Notes: generated from the letters alone by a model not told the origin. 64,000 nt of DNA from Polyangiaceae bacterium (GCA_044376115.1 JBILLK010000035.1:1-64000); one strand, 5' to 3'. Counted from the stretch's first letter, positions 1-9,302 are shown. Program-made: numbers and translations.

Positions 1-492
1 CTTGAGCTGGCCGTCTGGGAAGATCCGATCTGCAATGCGCTGAACGTCGAAATCGTCAACCTGTCGCCCACCCCACTACGAGTCTGGGACGAAAAGCTTC
101 GGTGGGCCGTGGAGGACGACCAACTCCGCGTCGAGCCGGTCCCCGAGCAGAGTGCGGGGCAGCCGCGCAGCTACAACCGAGGTTGCTGCCAGCAGCTGAT
201 CGTCGATAAGGGGAAGTGGGCCGTGCTTCCACCGCTGGGAAGCTTTCGGTGGAGCGAGCCTCTGCACGATGTCGAGACCGACGATACGCGCGCTCTTTGC
301 GACGGGTTCGCGCCCAGCTTCTACGACGCGCCGCTGATATTCAGCTCGGTATCTGTCGTCGTGTCGGCATTCCCGCTCGACGGGTTCCCTTCGCGCCCGC
401 CGTACCAGGTTGACGCGCTTTGCGCCTTGCGAACTCCAATCGAGGTGCGCGCCTTCGAACGTCAGTTGCCAGTAGAATACTGGCGCGAGTAG
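1..492 (+). CDS. hypothetical protein, 5'-truncated by window edge
   Basis: Frame 1 is open from base 1 (LELAVWEDPICNAL...) to TAG at 490-492, with GC3-biased codons. Confidence 0.6.
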   Translation, partial: LELAVWEDPICNALNVEIVNLSPTPLRVWDEKLRWAVEDDQLRVEPVPEQSAGQPRSYNRGCCQQLIVDKGKWAVLPPLGSFRWSEPLHDVETDDTRALCDGFAPSFYDAPLIFSSVSVVVSAFPLDGFPSRPPYQVDALCALRTPIEVRAFERQLPVEYWRE

Positions 493-1195
493 CCGCGCGT
501 CCAGGATGGAGAACGCATGCAGCAGCGCGTGAGTTAGACCCCTCCGAGCCGGTGATTAGCTGTCATGAGAAAAACATCCTAGCTTGGCTTCACCGACGTA
601 GCAGAGCAGGCACATGGGGATTGGCCGGCGCAATCGTTAGCGGCCGGGCTTAGTCGAATACCGGCTCAGTACCACCCCGAGAAAGGTCAGGGGCTAGCGG
701 CGTTCCGTACCCGCGGGTTACCGGCCTGATCGTGAACCGGGTGCTTCAAGCGACGTCCGAGGGCGCAGACGAGGAAGCGTTAGCGCATGGGCGCCAGCGT
801 TTGGACGCCCTCTTTGCGGAGTATCGATCGAGCGTGCAGGTGCTCAAGCCGTTGCTATCCGAGCCGTTCGCTGCGAGCCCGCTTGCCAAGCGTTCCGTCC
901 CATAGCGCGCGCCTAAAGCAGCACGTTCGAGGGGCCCCAAAGCGGTCCTTCAGCAGCTCGTGCGCCGATGTCTGTTGGCCGCGGCGCGAGGGGATCTGTT
1001 CCCGGAGGAGCAGTTTCACTCGCTGCTCGGTATGACGCGCGGCTCACCAACGCGTCGGACTCAACCTTCGATGTCGGCGTGGTCTGCATCGGAGCCGACG
1101 CTGGCGCGATCTTGTGGGTGGAGGACGAGGATTGAAGTTCCGCGGGCTCGGCTTCGGCGTTCATCGATCCACCTCGCTCATGCGACACTGCGGCG

Positions 1196-2080
1196 GTGGA
1201 GCCGTTGATTGCGAAGGTTGCGTGCCGCTGCGGCGATATGCACTTTCAGGTGCGCGTCGATAAGAACGAGCAGGTTGGGCTCGCAACCTGCACAGCGGGG
1301 CACGACTCGCTACTACTCGATAGTCGCGACTACTGGGCAGAGGTCATTCAAGACGGGCGCCCGCCCATCGCGAGGTGCCGCTGCAAGTCGAACCGATTCT
1401 TGCTGTCGCTCCATTATCAGTTCCGCGCCGATGGCGACGTGGCCTCGGTGGAGGTGGTCCTTCACTGCTCGGCTTGCGCGAAGGAGAAGCGCGCTGCCAC
1501 CTTCGAGATCGACTATTCGCCAACCGAATCGCTCGTGTCTGCTCCACTCGAACCGTGCAGCAATCCCTGGCTGGTAGCGCGCCGCCGAACTTATACAGGT
1601 CTATGGAGCCCAGCCGATACCGAGCGCGCCCTCCGGCTCATTGCAGACGGGACGACCCGGATCTGGTTCGCAGGTTGGAAAGCTCCGATCGTTCCTGTTG
1701 AAATCGGCCGCGCGTGTGAACTCGTGCTCGAGGCGTTGAGCGCCCAGCGCCCCTATGACGTTCTGCTCTCGAACTCTGAGGTCGACCTGCGAGACGCCAA
1801 GCCGCGAGCGTGCTGGAAGTCCCTACCCATTCTTCAGCTCAAGTCCCCAATGAGCATTAACTACCCCACCAAGGACGGTGGCTGGGTGAACGCCTTGCTG
1901 CACGACCTCGAGTTCGCGGAAGAGGTTGTGGTCCACGGCGCCATCGTCTCCCAGCCCGCGGAGTTCAGGGAGTTCGCCGCGCAGGCCATCGACCGACTGA
2001 GCAAGGTGTTCATCTCGACGCGTGGGCCCCGGAGCCTCGATGCACCGGACGAATACGCACGTGTTGCGCCAGCGCTTTAG
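1196..2080 (+). CDS. hypothetical protein with N-terminal Cys/His clusters (possible Zn ribbons)
   Basis: 294-aa ORF with CRC, CTAGH, CRC and CSAC motifs. Confidence 0.65.
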   Translation: MEPLIAKVACRCGDMHFQVRVDKNEQVGLATCTAGHDSLLLDSRDYWAEVIQDGRPPIARCRCKSNRFLLSLHYQFRADGDVASVEVVLHCSACAKEKRAATFEIDYSPTESLVSAPLEPCSNPWLVARRRTYTGLWSPADTERALRLIADGTTRIWFAGWKAPIVPVEIGRACELVLEALSAQRPYDVLLSNSEVDLRDAKPRACWKSLPILQLKSPMSINYPTKDGGWVNALLHDLEFAEEVVVHGAIVSQPAEFREFAAQAIDRLSKVFISTRGPRSLDAPDEYARVAPAL

Positions 2081-2136
2081 CGGCGGAGCCCGGAGGCGCG
2101 AGGCTCGCCGCCCGCTCGATGCCCGGCCTGCGGGAT

Positions 2137-2369
2137 GCGACAGATCGCCCGGTGTCACGGTGAGACTCGGCGCAATGTCGCGCCCGGCAGCTCGACGCCC
2201 TCCGCCCGCTCGATACCGGGCCTTCGGGCTGCGACAGATCGCCCGGTGTCACGGTGAGACTCGGCGCAATGTCGCGCCCGGCGGCTCAAGGCCGTCCGCC
2301 CGCTCGATGCCCGACCTGCGGGCTGCGACAGATCGCCCGGTGTCACGGTGAGACTCGGCGCAATGTCGC
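2137..2369. repeat. array of 3 x 45-bp palindromes (family A), 94-bp period
   Basis: GCGACAGATCGCCCGGTGTCACGGTGAGACTCGGCGCAATGTCGC starts at 2137, 2231 and 2325. Confidence 0.95.
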
Positions 2370-2432
2370 GCCCGGCGGCTCAAGCAGACGACTGGCCTCG
2401 CTCGCTGCTGAAAACCGTTGGGCGTACGAAGC

Positions 2433-2849
2433 TTATGCCTCGGTCAGCTGCTTAACTCGCTGATGTGACAGGTGGAGCAACTCGCCTGCATCGCGCAGCG
2501 AAAGCCCAGCCTGGCGAAGCGCCCTGGCGCCTTCAGCGGCAGTTTTCGCTGCCTCGGCATCCTTGCGTAGCGCGGTCTCCCGAGCGCGCAACGCTCGGTC
2601 CACAGCTCGCCGCGCAGCCTTGGGCACACGCACGTCCTCTAAGAATTCGACCGTCTCTGCGAGGCGCGCCGCAGCCGGCACCTCTTCGTCGCAGAGTGCG
2701 AGCGCTTCTCTGATGTTCTTTCGGGCCTCGGCGATCGACCTTCCGTGGGACCGGCACCCTTGCACCTCCGGAATGAACACGTGCCAACCCGCGCCATCCG
2801 GTTCAAACACGACGCTTACTTGCCGAGCAGCCACTTTTTTCCGAAGCAT
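2433..2849 (-). CDS. hicB: HicB family antitoxin with C-terminal HTH
   Basis: VVFEPDGAGWHVFIPEVQGCRSHGRSIAEARKNIREAL is a HicB N-domain; GLSLRDAGELLHLSHQRV is an HTH; overlaps the hicA stop. Confidence 0.85.
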   Translation of the reverse strand: MLRKKVAARQVSVVFEPDGAGWHVFIPEVQGCRSHGRSIAEARKNIREALALCDEEVPAAARLAETVEFLEDVRVPKAARRAVDRALRARETALRKDAEAAKTAAEGARALRQAGLSLRDAGELLHLSHQRVKQLTEA

Positions 2850-3024
2850 GGTTCCAGGTCCTTCTCGATCGCAGCGAGCAGCCCACGCCCCAAGTCCCTC
2901 CGTGCATCGGCACAGTGGTCTTGTACTTCCCGCACGCGCACTCGAACCGCACGTCGGATCCCTTCTGGCGGAGCTTCGTTCCCCCGCGGGCAAGGATCTT
3001 CGCGCTTACCTCGCCCGCGGTCAC
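2816..3024 (-). pseudogene. hicA: HicA family toxin, frameshifted near 2895, with GSH changed to GSD
   Basis: MTAGEVSAKILARGGTKLRQKGSDVRFEC...TTVPMHG continues in another frame as DLGRGLLAAIEKDL; lies directly upstream of hicB. Confidence 0.8.
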
Positions 3025-3161
3025 TTTTCGAAGCTAGCACCTGGGAAGAACCCGTCAACCCGACTTTACAGACGCCCCGCTGACCCGCTGGCTCCGAGGC
3101 AGAGGCACTCGTGGCCCGTATCGAATCTAATGGGGGGTATCAGAGCGACGGCCGCGCGCTA

Positions 3162-3284
3162 TCACGCTGGGTCGAGTGTCAGGCCTTCGTAAACGCCATC
3201 ACAATACTCGAGCTTGATCCTGCTGACCTCGAGCGTGTGCAGATACTCTGCGTAGTCGTAATGAAGGCGTCGCGCAGACGTCAT
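3162..3284 (-). pseudogene. internally deleted, in-frame 40-aa copy of the Uma2 gene at 9440-10009
   Basis: Translates to MTSARRLHYDYAEYLHTLEVSRIKLEYCDG-VYEGLTLDPA*, matching the first 30 and last 10 residues of the 9440 protein. Confidence 0.9.
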
Positions 3285-3386
3285 CGAGCGAGCGTAGCTC
3301 TGCCCTCCACCGGAATCAGCGCAACTTGCGGGCTAACCCCGGCACGTCCCCGATCGCGGCCCCGCTCGCTGCCCGGCCTGCGGGCT

Positions 3387-3431
3387 GCGACAGATCGCCC
3401 GGTGTCACGGTGAGACTCGGCGTAATGTCGT
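3387..3431. repeat. single family A 45-bp palindrome
   Basis: GCGACAGATCGCCCGGTGTCACGGTGAGACTCGGCGTAATGTCGT. Confidence 0.9.
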
Positions 3432-3561
3432 GCGGGTTTCGACGCGGCAGCGAGGTCACGCGCGGACGGGGTGCTGGTTGGCGCGGAGCATCTCAGGGGA
3501 ACGGCAAGATAGTGATCTCGCCGAGGGTTACATCAGCTTCTTGGGAACTACCCTGCGCCGA

Positions 3562-3879
3562 TCAAGGAGCGAGCTTGATGCGGGCGCCCTCTCCCACCCA
3601 GACCGATGGCCGGCCTGTGGCGACCACGTTTGAGGGGCAGGTGACCGTCGCGCCAACGTAAGCGACGCGCTCGCCGTTGACAGTGACCGTGGCGAAGCCT
3701 CGTCTGACAACGGCGCCGTGCGGTGGATGCTGCGAGCAGCCGTGCGGCTGGAGTGCATCGCGCTCGCGGGTCACCTCGAAGCCCTCGGCGATCACGTTGG
3801 GGCTGAAGCTCGCGAACGGCCGCGGGCGACACGCGTCGTGGCCGCTACACAGATCCACCTTGGTCGACACCATGGGCAT
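3562..3879 (-). CDS. PAAR domain-containing spike-tip protein
   Basis: 105 aa with DLCSGH..C.P, HGC..HPPH, V.VNG..VA.VG..V.C and G.PSV.VG motifs; RBS GAGGAG; linked to vgrG. Confidence 0.85.
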   Translation of the reverse strand: MPMVSTKVDLCSGHDACRPRPFASFSPNVIAEGFEVTRERDALQPHGCSQHPPHGAVVRRGFATVTVNGERVAYVGATVTCPSNVVATGRPSVWVGEGARIKLAP

Positions 3880-3892
3880 GACGATCTCCTCT

Positions 3893-4639
3893 TCAGAGCG
3901 TACGGCTATTCCAGCCGCGGCTCACCAGCATGTCGAAGTAGTCGTTGGGGAACCACGCGTTGGTCAGCGGCCGCGGCATGCTGGCCTTGTAAGCGTTGAG
4001 CACGGCGACGGCGTTGTCCAAGCAGTTCTGCGCGATGACCGAGTAGGAGCTCCAGATGGACGAGACGTTGCCGTACTTATCGGCGAGGCGAAACTCCTGC
4101 CCGGTGTCCCAGCGGAGCACCTCCCGCTCGGCGTCGTTGGGCTCGTGACCTCGAAACTCCTTGAAGCAGTAAGCCGTGTACGGGCCCAGGTCTCGCCCGG
4201 ACTGTCGCTTCGCGAACGGCAGCCGGCGCATCTCGTCGAGCAGCTCGGCCGGAGGACTGTGACGACTGCAGCGCTTGTAGGTGTGCCAGTACTGCGCGGC
4301 CGAACGCGCGTTCGCCTCGAGGACGACCGGGGACCCGGTGAGGTTCTCCAGCGAGCCGACCATGTACGTGAGGCCGTTGAAGAGGAAGCCCCACCCTGCG
4401 TGACCGAGGTACACGCTGTTGGCGTCGTTGTAGGGGAAGACATCGGACAGGGTGAGCCTGGGTGGTGGCTGGGAGAAGAGGCCCGAGCTGCCGGACGCGG
4501 CGAGCCCATTGAGGGTGTCCACGTAAAACTGCCCCGCGCCCCGAGGCACCGGAGCCCCCGTGCGCCGGATGAAGAAGTACGCGATACCGTGCGAGGTCGA
4601 GCTCGATTTGACCCGAGGGTCCAGCCGCGGTCCCATCAT
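3893..4639 (-). CDS. putative T6SS effector, possibly a permuted papain-like (His...Cys) enzyme
   Basis: GHAGWGF (H80), GSLEN (E98) and YSVIAQNCLD (C206); strong RBS GAGGAGG; immediately upstream of PAAR. Confidence 0.55.
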   Translation of the reverse strand: MMGPRLDPRVKSSSTSHGIAYFFIRRTGAPVPRGAGQFYVDTLNGLAASGSSGLFSQPPPRLTLSDVFPYNDANSVYLGHAGWGFLFNGLTYMVGSLENLTGSPVVLEANARSAAQYWHTYKRCSRHSPPAELLDEMRRLPFAKRQSGRDLGPYTAYCFKEFRGHEPNDAEREVLRWDTGQEFRLADKYGNVSSIWSSYSVIAQNCLDNAVAVLNAYKASMPRPLTNAWFPNDYFDMLVSRGWNSRTL

Positions 4640-4649
4640 GTTCGCCTCC

Positions 4650-5267
4650 TCAGCCTTCGATTGGGGTTTCGGGGAGCTCGGGGAGCTCGGGGAGCTCGTC
4701 GTACCGGACGAGGGTGGCCGCGAGCCGAACGTCGCCTACCGATGGCGTATGGAAGGCAGCCGGCGCTGCTCCGCCCATCGCGCCTAGCAGCGCGCGGTGC
4801 TTCAACAGCACACGAGGCCGGCCGGCGGCCGCCCAGACGTGCTCGAAGACCATCGCCGTCTGGTGGAAGCTCGTGAGCGCCGCGTGCACCGGCGCGAAGC
4901 CGCCCGTATCGCCGAGCAGCGCACGCTGGAGCGCGTTTTCGACGACGGCGCCGTCCGCTCCTGCGAGCGAGAAGCCCATGATCTCGACGTACGGCGTCCC
5001 GAGCGAAGGGTCCACGCTATGAAGCTGGAGCGGCGACTTGAACGTGCCCTCGAACCCAGCTGCAGCGAGCACCGCCGCGACGGGGCTCGGCGGCTCGGCG
5101 CCCTCCACTTCGAAGAGGGTCTCCGTTCCGCCGACTCGCAGGAGAACCATGGGATGCATCGCCCGCAGGGCGTCGCCCTCGGAGACGAGCCAGAGTTCTT
5201 CGGGGGGCGCACCGGCGGTATTCGCGTCGTTGGCGCTCGTCTTTCGCTCGAGGTCTTGGTCCTTCAT
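4650..5267 (-). CDS. hypothetical protein in PAAR operon
   Basis: 205-aa ORF with coding bias and tight operon spacing; acidic ELPELPELP tail (9-bp repeat x3). Confidence 0.7.
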   Translation of the reverse strand: MKDQDLERKTSANDANTAGAPPEELWLVSEGDALRAMHPMVLLRVGGTETLFEVEGAEPPSPVAAVLAAAGFEGTFKSPLQLHSVDPSLGTPYVEIMGFSLAGADGAVVENALQRALLGDTGGFAPVHAALTSFHQTAMVFEHVWAAAGRPRVLLKHRALLGAMGGAAPAAFHTPSVGDVRLAATLVRYDELPELPELPETPIEG

Positions 5268-5331
5268 GCTCCCTGCTTCCGCGCTCGATCCGCGCGTCGT
5301 TCGAAGTATTCACGCCCGCAGACGAAGAAAA

Positions 5332-6012
5332 TCAGCCGCGCGGAGTCGTGTTGATCCCGCGTTGGTTCAGGTAGGGCCCCGTATCGGGATGGGCCCTGTC
5401 CCTCCACTCCCGCGCTTTCCTGACGGGGCCGCTCCGGGTCCACGGCGGAGAGCCTGCGACCCCTGGAATACTTGCCCGATAGGAACCGCTGGTGAAGTCG
5501 TGGTGCACTCTGAAAGATCGCGCCCCTCGACCCCACGGGTCCGACACGACGACGGTCTGACGGACCAGCTCCTCGGTGGAGACGAAGGGGACCACGTGCA
5601 GCGAGCTGCTGAGGGGGATGTCGAGGCCGAGCAAGCGCCAAGGCTCGTCCGCCGAGGCGATGACACCGACGACGAACCTGTCGTGAAGCTCTCGCCGGTT
5701 GACGTCGCGAAATTGGGCCAAGCCGATGGCGAAGCGGTTGTGCGTCTCAGCGATGTCTGGGCACTTCACGTTGCCCAAGTTGTCGAGCCACGCACCCGCG
5801 GTCTGCCCGCCGACCGGGCTCAACACGGCGGCGAAGAAGCGCGAGTGGAACCGGAGCGTGAAGTCGAAGGCGAGCTCCGCGACCCACGTACAGTCGTCGA
5901 GGGTCGGATTTCGCTTCCCGGACCAGACGCTCAAGCGCTGCGCTAGCCGTGTTCCCAGCGGGTTCGCCTGTGGGCTGCTCGGGTTCGACTGTGGGCTGCT
6001 CTTCGTAATCAT
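5332..6012 (-). CDS. hypothetical protein in PAAR operon
   Basis: Start MITKSS chosen from upstream AAGGA; coding bias. Confidence 0.65.
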   Translation of the reverse strand: MITKSSPQSNPSSPQANPLGTRLAQRLSVWSGKRNPTLDDCTWVAELAFDFTLRFHSRFFAAVLSPVGGQTAGAWLDNLGNVKCPDIAETHNRFAIGLAQFRDVNRRELHDRFVVGVIASADEPWRLLGLDIPLSSSLHVVPFVSTEELVRQTVVVSDPWGRGARSFRVHHDFTSGSYRASIPGVAGSPPWTRSGPVRKAREWRDRAHPDTGPYLNQRGINTTPRG

Positions 6013-6032
6013 CGTGAACGGTCCTTTCAGAC

Positions 6033-6566
6033 TCAGTCGAAGTGTCCGATCAGGGTGACTTTGATGCTCGTCGTGGTCGCGCCGTAGAGACGCTCTTCTT
6101 CGACGATGCCTGGGTTGCCTGCCCACTCTCCCCACACCACGGAGTTCACGTCGTATTGGATGAAGGTCCCCACGAGGTCCGAGGCGACCTCCGCATAGGG
6201 GACCCGCACATCCCCGAGGCGCGGAAAGGGGATCCCTTGGCTCAGAAAGCTCAGCGCGCTCGAAAGGAGGTTCGATCCCGACGCCACGGCGCCGACGCGA
6301 AACAGCTGCATACCCAGCCAGCGCTTATGCTTTCCCGCGGAGAGAGGCTGGGCCGCGATGCGGATCCACGAGCCCTCAACGAAGATCCCCTGCACGCCGA
6401 CGATCGCGCCCTCCTGCGGATCATCGTAGACCCGGAGCGCCTTCGCCGTGCGGTACTCAACGATAGGCGGCTGGGCTCCCCGGGTTTCGCACCCGATGCG
6501 GGTGACGTGAGCGTCGTAGGAACCGATCTTTATTTTGTGGCCGGGGGCTGCTTGGACGCCGCGCAT
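6033..6566 (-). CDS. hypothetical protein, first gene of PAAR operon
   Basis: Start MRGVQ chosen from upstream GGAG; beta-rich sequence. Confidence 0.6.
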   Translation of the reverse strand: MRGVQAAPGHKIKIGSYDAHVTRIGCETRGAQPPIVEYRTAKALRVYDDPQEGAIVGVQGIFVEGSWIRIAAQPLSAGKHKRWLGMQLFRVGAVASGSNLLSSALSFLSQGIPFPRLGDVRVPYAEVASDLVGTFIQYDVNSVVWGEWAGNPGIVEEERLYGATTTSIKVTLIGHFD

Positions 6567-6577
6567 GCGAACTCCGC

Positions 6578-6593
6578 AGCAACGAGCATGCCG
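6578..6593 (-). promoter_or_regulatory. possible sigma54 -24/-12 promoter for PAAR operon
   Basis: Minus strand reads CGGCATGCTCGTTGCT (GG-N10-GC; consensus TGGCACG-N4-TTGCW). Confidence 0.35.
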
Positions 6594-6629
6594 ATTGACG
6601 ACCCTATGAATCTGCCGCGGAGGAAGCGT

Positions 6630-6676
6630 GGACTGTTGGCTGGAGACCTCACCCTGTTGCGGTGCGCCAACAGTCC
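6630..6676. promoter_or_regulatory. 11-bp perfect inverted repeat in the divergent promoter region
   Basis: GGACTGTTGGC (6630-6640) N25 GCCAACAGTCC (6666-6676). Confidence 0.45.
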
Positions 6677-6764
6677 AAGGACTACACCTCAGCCCAATGC
6701 AAACCCATAACCCACGCGAAACCAATCGGGGCTCGCTGGTCCACCAATTGCTCCTCGGCCCGCC

Positions 6765-9302
6765 ATGGACCCCTTCCTCTCGACCGTGGGCGCCGAGAAC
6801 CTCGTCCTCGTCTTCCCCAACTCGCCGAACGTCGACCTATCGGTGCGGACCTTCCAAGTGGAACAGGCGCTCTCCTCGTGCTTCGAGGTCCGCCTGACGT
6901 GCGTATCCCCGAGCCATGGCGCCGACCTGGCGGCCCTCGTCGGGCACCCAGCGGTCTTCTCGCTGCGCGCGGGCCACGTCGCGCGGAGCTTCCAGGCTAT
7001 CTGCATGGAGGCGGAGTTCGTGCGGGCCTCCGAGTCGGGCGAGGGCCTGGCGACGTACGCTCTGGTCCTGCGTCCCCGGCTGCACCTCCTGTCTCGGCGG
7101 CGCCAGAGCCGGCTCTTCCAACACCTAAGCGTCCCGCAGATTGTTGAGAAGCTCCTCGCCGAGTGGGGCATCACGACAGAGTGGTCGATCGACAGGCCCG
7201 GCTATCCGCTGCTCGAGCTTCGCACGCAATACGACGAGAGCGACCTCGACTTTGTGAAGCGCCTGCTGGAGGAGGTCGGCATCTCGTTCTATCTGCGCGA
7301 AGGAGATCACGAGCCGGTCGTGGTCTTCACCGATTGTCCGGAGCGACGAGGACAGCGCGAGCCGCCCCTTCCGTTCGTCGACAGTCCCGACCAAGCCGCT
7401 GCGGCGCGCACCGATTACCTGACGGGCCTACGCCTCGACGAGCGCTCGATGCCAGGGCGCGTCACGCTCCGCGATCTCGACTTCTCACGAGCGCGCCTTC
7501 CGCTGTACGCGGCGGCGAGCGCCGCTCGAAGTGAAGAGCATGCGCAAGAACAGGCGCTTTTCGTCCCCGGAGCGTTCGCGACGGAGGGCTCGGCAACCGA
7601 TGCACGCGCCACTCCCGTGGCGGACGATCTCGGACGGAGCCGACATCGAGAGGCGCATGGCTCGCTGCTCGCGACACGGGCGATCGAGGCGCTCGACGCC
7701 GCACGTCAGCGCCTTCACTACGAGACGAGCTGCCTCGACCTCCGGCCTGGCGACGTCTTCGTCGTCGCCAACCACTCGAGGGAGGACATCAGCATGCAGC
7801 CCTTCCTCGTTGTCTCGATCGAGCTATCGGGGGAGGTCGGCAATCGCCATCATTATCGCGGTACGGCGGCGACGACGGTCGCGCCCTTCCGGCCGCTTCA
7901 GGAGACCAAGAAGCCCAAATCCCATGGCATCCTGTCCGCCGTCGTCGTGGGGCCCCGGGGCGTCACAGGCTCGCTGGCCGCCCAGCCCGGCGGCGTTGGG
8001 ACGACGAACGACGTGCCACTCGACATGCAGCGCACCGTCGCGAGCCTGACCGACAACGAGATCTACGTCGACGAGCACGGTCGCGTACGCGTGCAGTTCC
8101 CTTGGGACCGGGATCACGCGTTTGGGGCAGAGAGTTCGATTTGGATGCGCGTCAGCCAGGGCTGGGCAGGCGCCGGATACGGCTTCTTCACGGTCCCTCG
8201 AGTTGGGCACGAAGTGCTGGTCGCGTTTCTCGACGGGGATGTGGACGCGCCGATCATCATCGGGCGCGTTCACAACGGAGCGCAGCCAGTCCCACACGGC
8301 CTGCCGGCGAACAAGACCGTGAGCACGTGGAAGAGTGCTTCATCGCCGGGAGGAGAAGGCTTCAACGAGATTCGCATGGACGACGCGAAGGGACGCGAGC
8401 ACGTCTACGTGCAGGCCGAGCGCGACATGGATCAGCTCGTGAAGCGTGACCTGAAGCTCGCCGCGGGGGGCTCCTCGAGTCGCTACGTTCAGGGCGAGGA
8501 CAGCTCGGCGGTAGGTGGGAGCCGGACCGGTTTCGTCAACGCGAACCGGCTCGATGCGACGGGCATGAGCCAGGCCGCATTCGTCGGGCTCAACCGCACC
8601 ACCAACGTGGGCGTCGAGGACTCCACCTGGGTCGGGACGCGCTGGAGCGTGACGGTAGCGCGTGGGCTGACGCGGCGCCTGTCGCGGGAGCTCGACGGGA
8701 TCGCCGGCGCGCTCGGAGGTGTCATGCGCAACGCTGCGACGGGTGTATTCGGTCGGATGCCGCAGAGCCCGCTCGCGAAGGCCGCAGAGTCCTCGCTCGC
8801 GCAGTTCGGGCAGCGTGCCTTCGGTGAGCTCTCCAAAGCACTGTCGGTGTTCGAGGGTTTTGAGGCCGACGATGGTCCGCCGCCTACCTCGCTCGAGATC
8901 ACCGATCGTCAGATCAAGCTCTCCACCGGGGAAGCGTCGATCGTCCTCGACGGTCCGAATGTCGTCATCACCGCGCAAGGCAACATCTCGTTTCACGCTG
9001 TCGAGGGGGTCTCCATCCTGTCCGACAAAGAGATCGCCATCGCCGGCCGACAGAAGGTCGCGGTCGTCTCGGCGACCGACGACGTGATCGTGCAGGCGAA
9101 GAACGACCTCCACCTGAACCCCTACCAGGGAGGAGCGATCTCGCCCGGGACCAGCCTGGCTGGCGAGACTGTCACCAACGCCGAGGAGTCACCGCCCTGC
9201 AAGACCTGCGGGGGTGCCCAGACGCGCGTCGGCGACCGCTGGTTCTGCAAGTCGCTCCACACCGTGCTGGACGAAGAAGGGACGCCGATCCGGATCGCCT
9301 GA
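6765..9302 (+). CDS. vgrG: type VI secretion spike protein VgrG (TssI) with extended C-terminus
   Basis: QYDESDLDFVKRLLEEVGI, EIYVDEHGRVRVQFPWDR, WMRVSQGWAG.GYG...PRVGHEVLVAFLDGD.D.P, GFNEIRMDD.KG.E..Y.QAERD. Confidence 0.95.
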   Translation: MDPFLSTVGAENLVLVFPNSPNVDLSVRTFQVEQALSSCFEVRLTCVSPSHGADLAALVGHPAVFSLRAGHVARSFQAICMEAEFVRASESGEGLATYALVLRPRLHLLSRRRQSRLFQHLSVPQIVEKLLAEWGITTEWSIDRPGYPLLELRTQYDESDLDFVKRLLEEVGISFYLREGDHEPVVVFTDCPERRGQREPPLPFVDSPDQAAAARTDYLTGLRLDERSMPGRVTLRDLDFSRARLPLYAAASAARSEEHAQEQALFVPGAFATEGSATDARATPVADDLGRSRHREAHGSLLATRAIEALDAARQRLHYETSCLDLRPGDVFVVANHSREDISMQPFLVVSIELSGEVGNRHHYRGTAATTVAPFRPLQETKKPKSHGILSAVVVGPRGVTGSLAAQPGGVGTTNDVPLDMQRTVASLTDNEIYVDEHGRVRVQFPWDRDHAFGAESSIWMRVSQGWAGAGYGFFTVPRVGHEVLVAFLDGDVDAPIIIGRVHNGAQPVPHGLPANKTVSTWKSASSPGGEGFNEIRMDDAKGREHVYVQAERDMDQLVKRDLKLAAGGSSSRYVQGEDSSAVGGSRTGFVNANRLDATGMSQAAFVGLNRTTNVGVEDSTWVGTRWSVTVARGLTRRLSRELDGIAGALGGVMRNAATGVFGRMPQSPLAKAAESSLAQFGQRAFGELSKALSVFEGFEADDGPPPTSLEITDRQIKLSTGEASIVLDGPNVVITAQGNISFHAVEGVSILSDKEIAIAGRQKVAVVSATDDVIVQAKNDLHLNPYQGGAISPGTSLAGETVTNAEESPPCKTCGGAQTRVGDRWFCKSLHTVLDEEGTPIRIA

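Noticed and set aside
750..1190. Possible decayed gene on the plus strand (GADEEALAHGRQRLDALFAEY...)
   Set aside because: Internal stop at 902-904 and no recognisable family; too weak to annotate
3677..5946. Long plus-strand ORFs 3677-4876 and 5038-5946
   Set aside because: Antisense shadows of RBS-supported minus-strand genes, as expected in high-GC DNA
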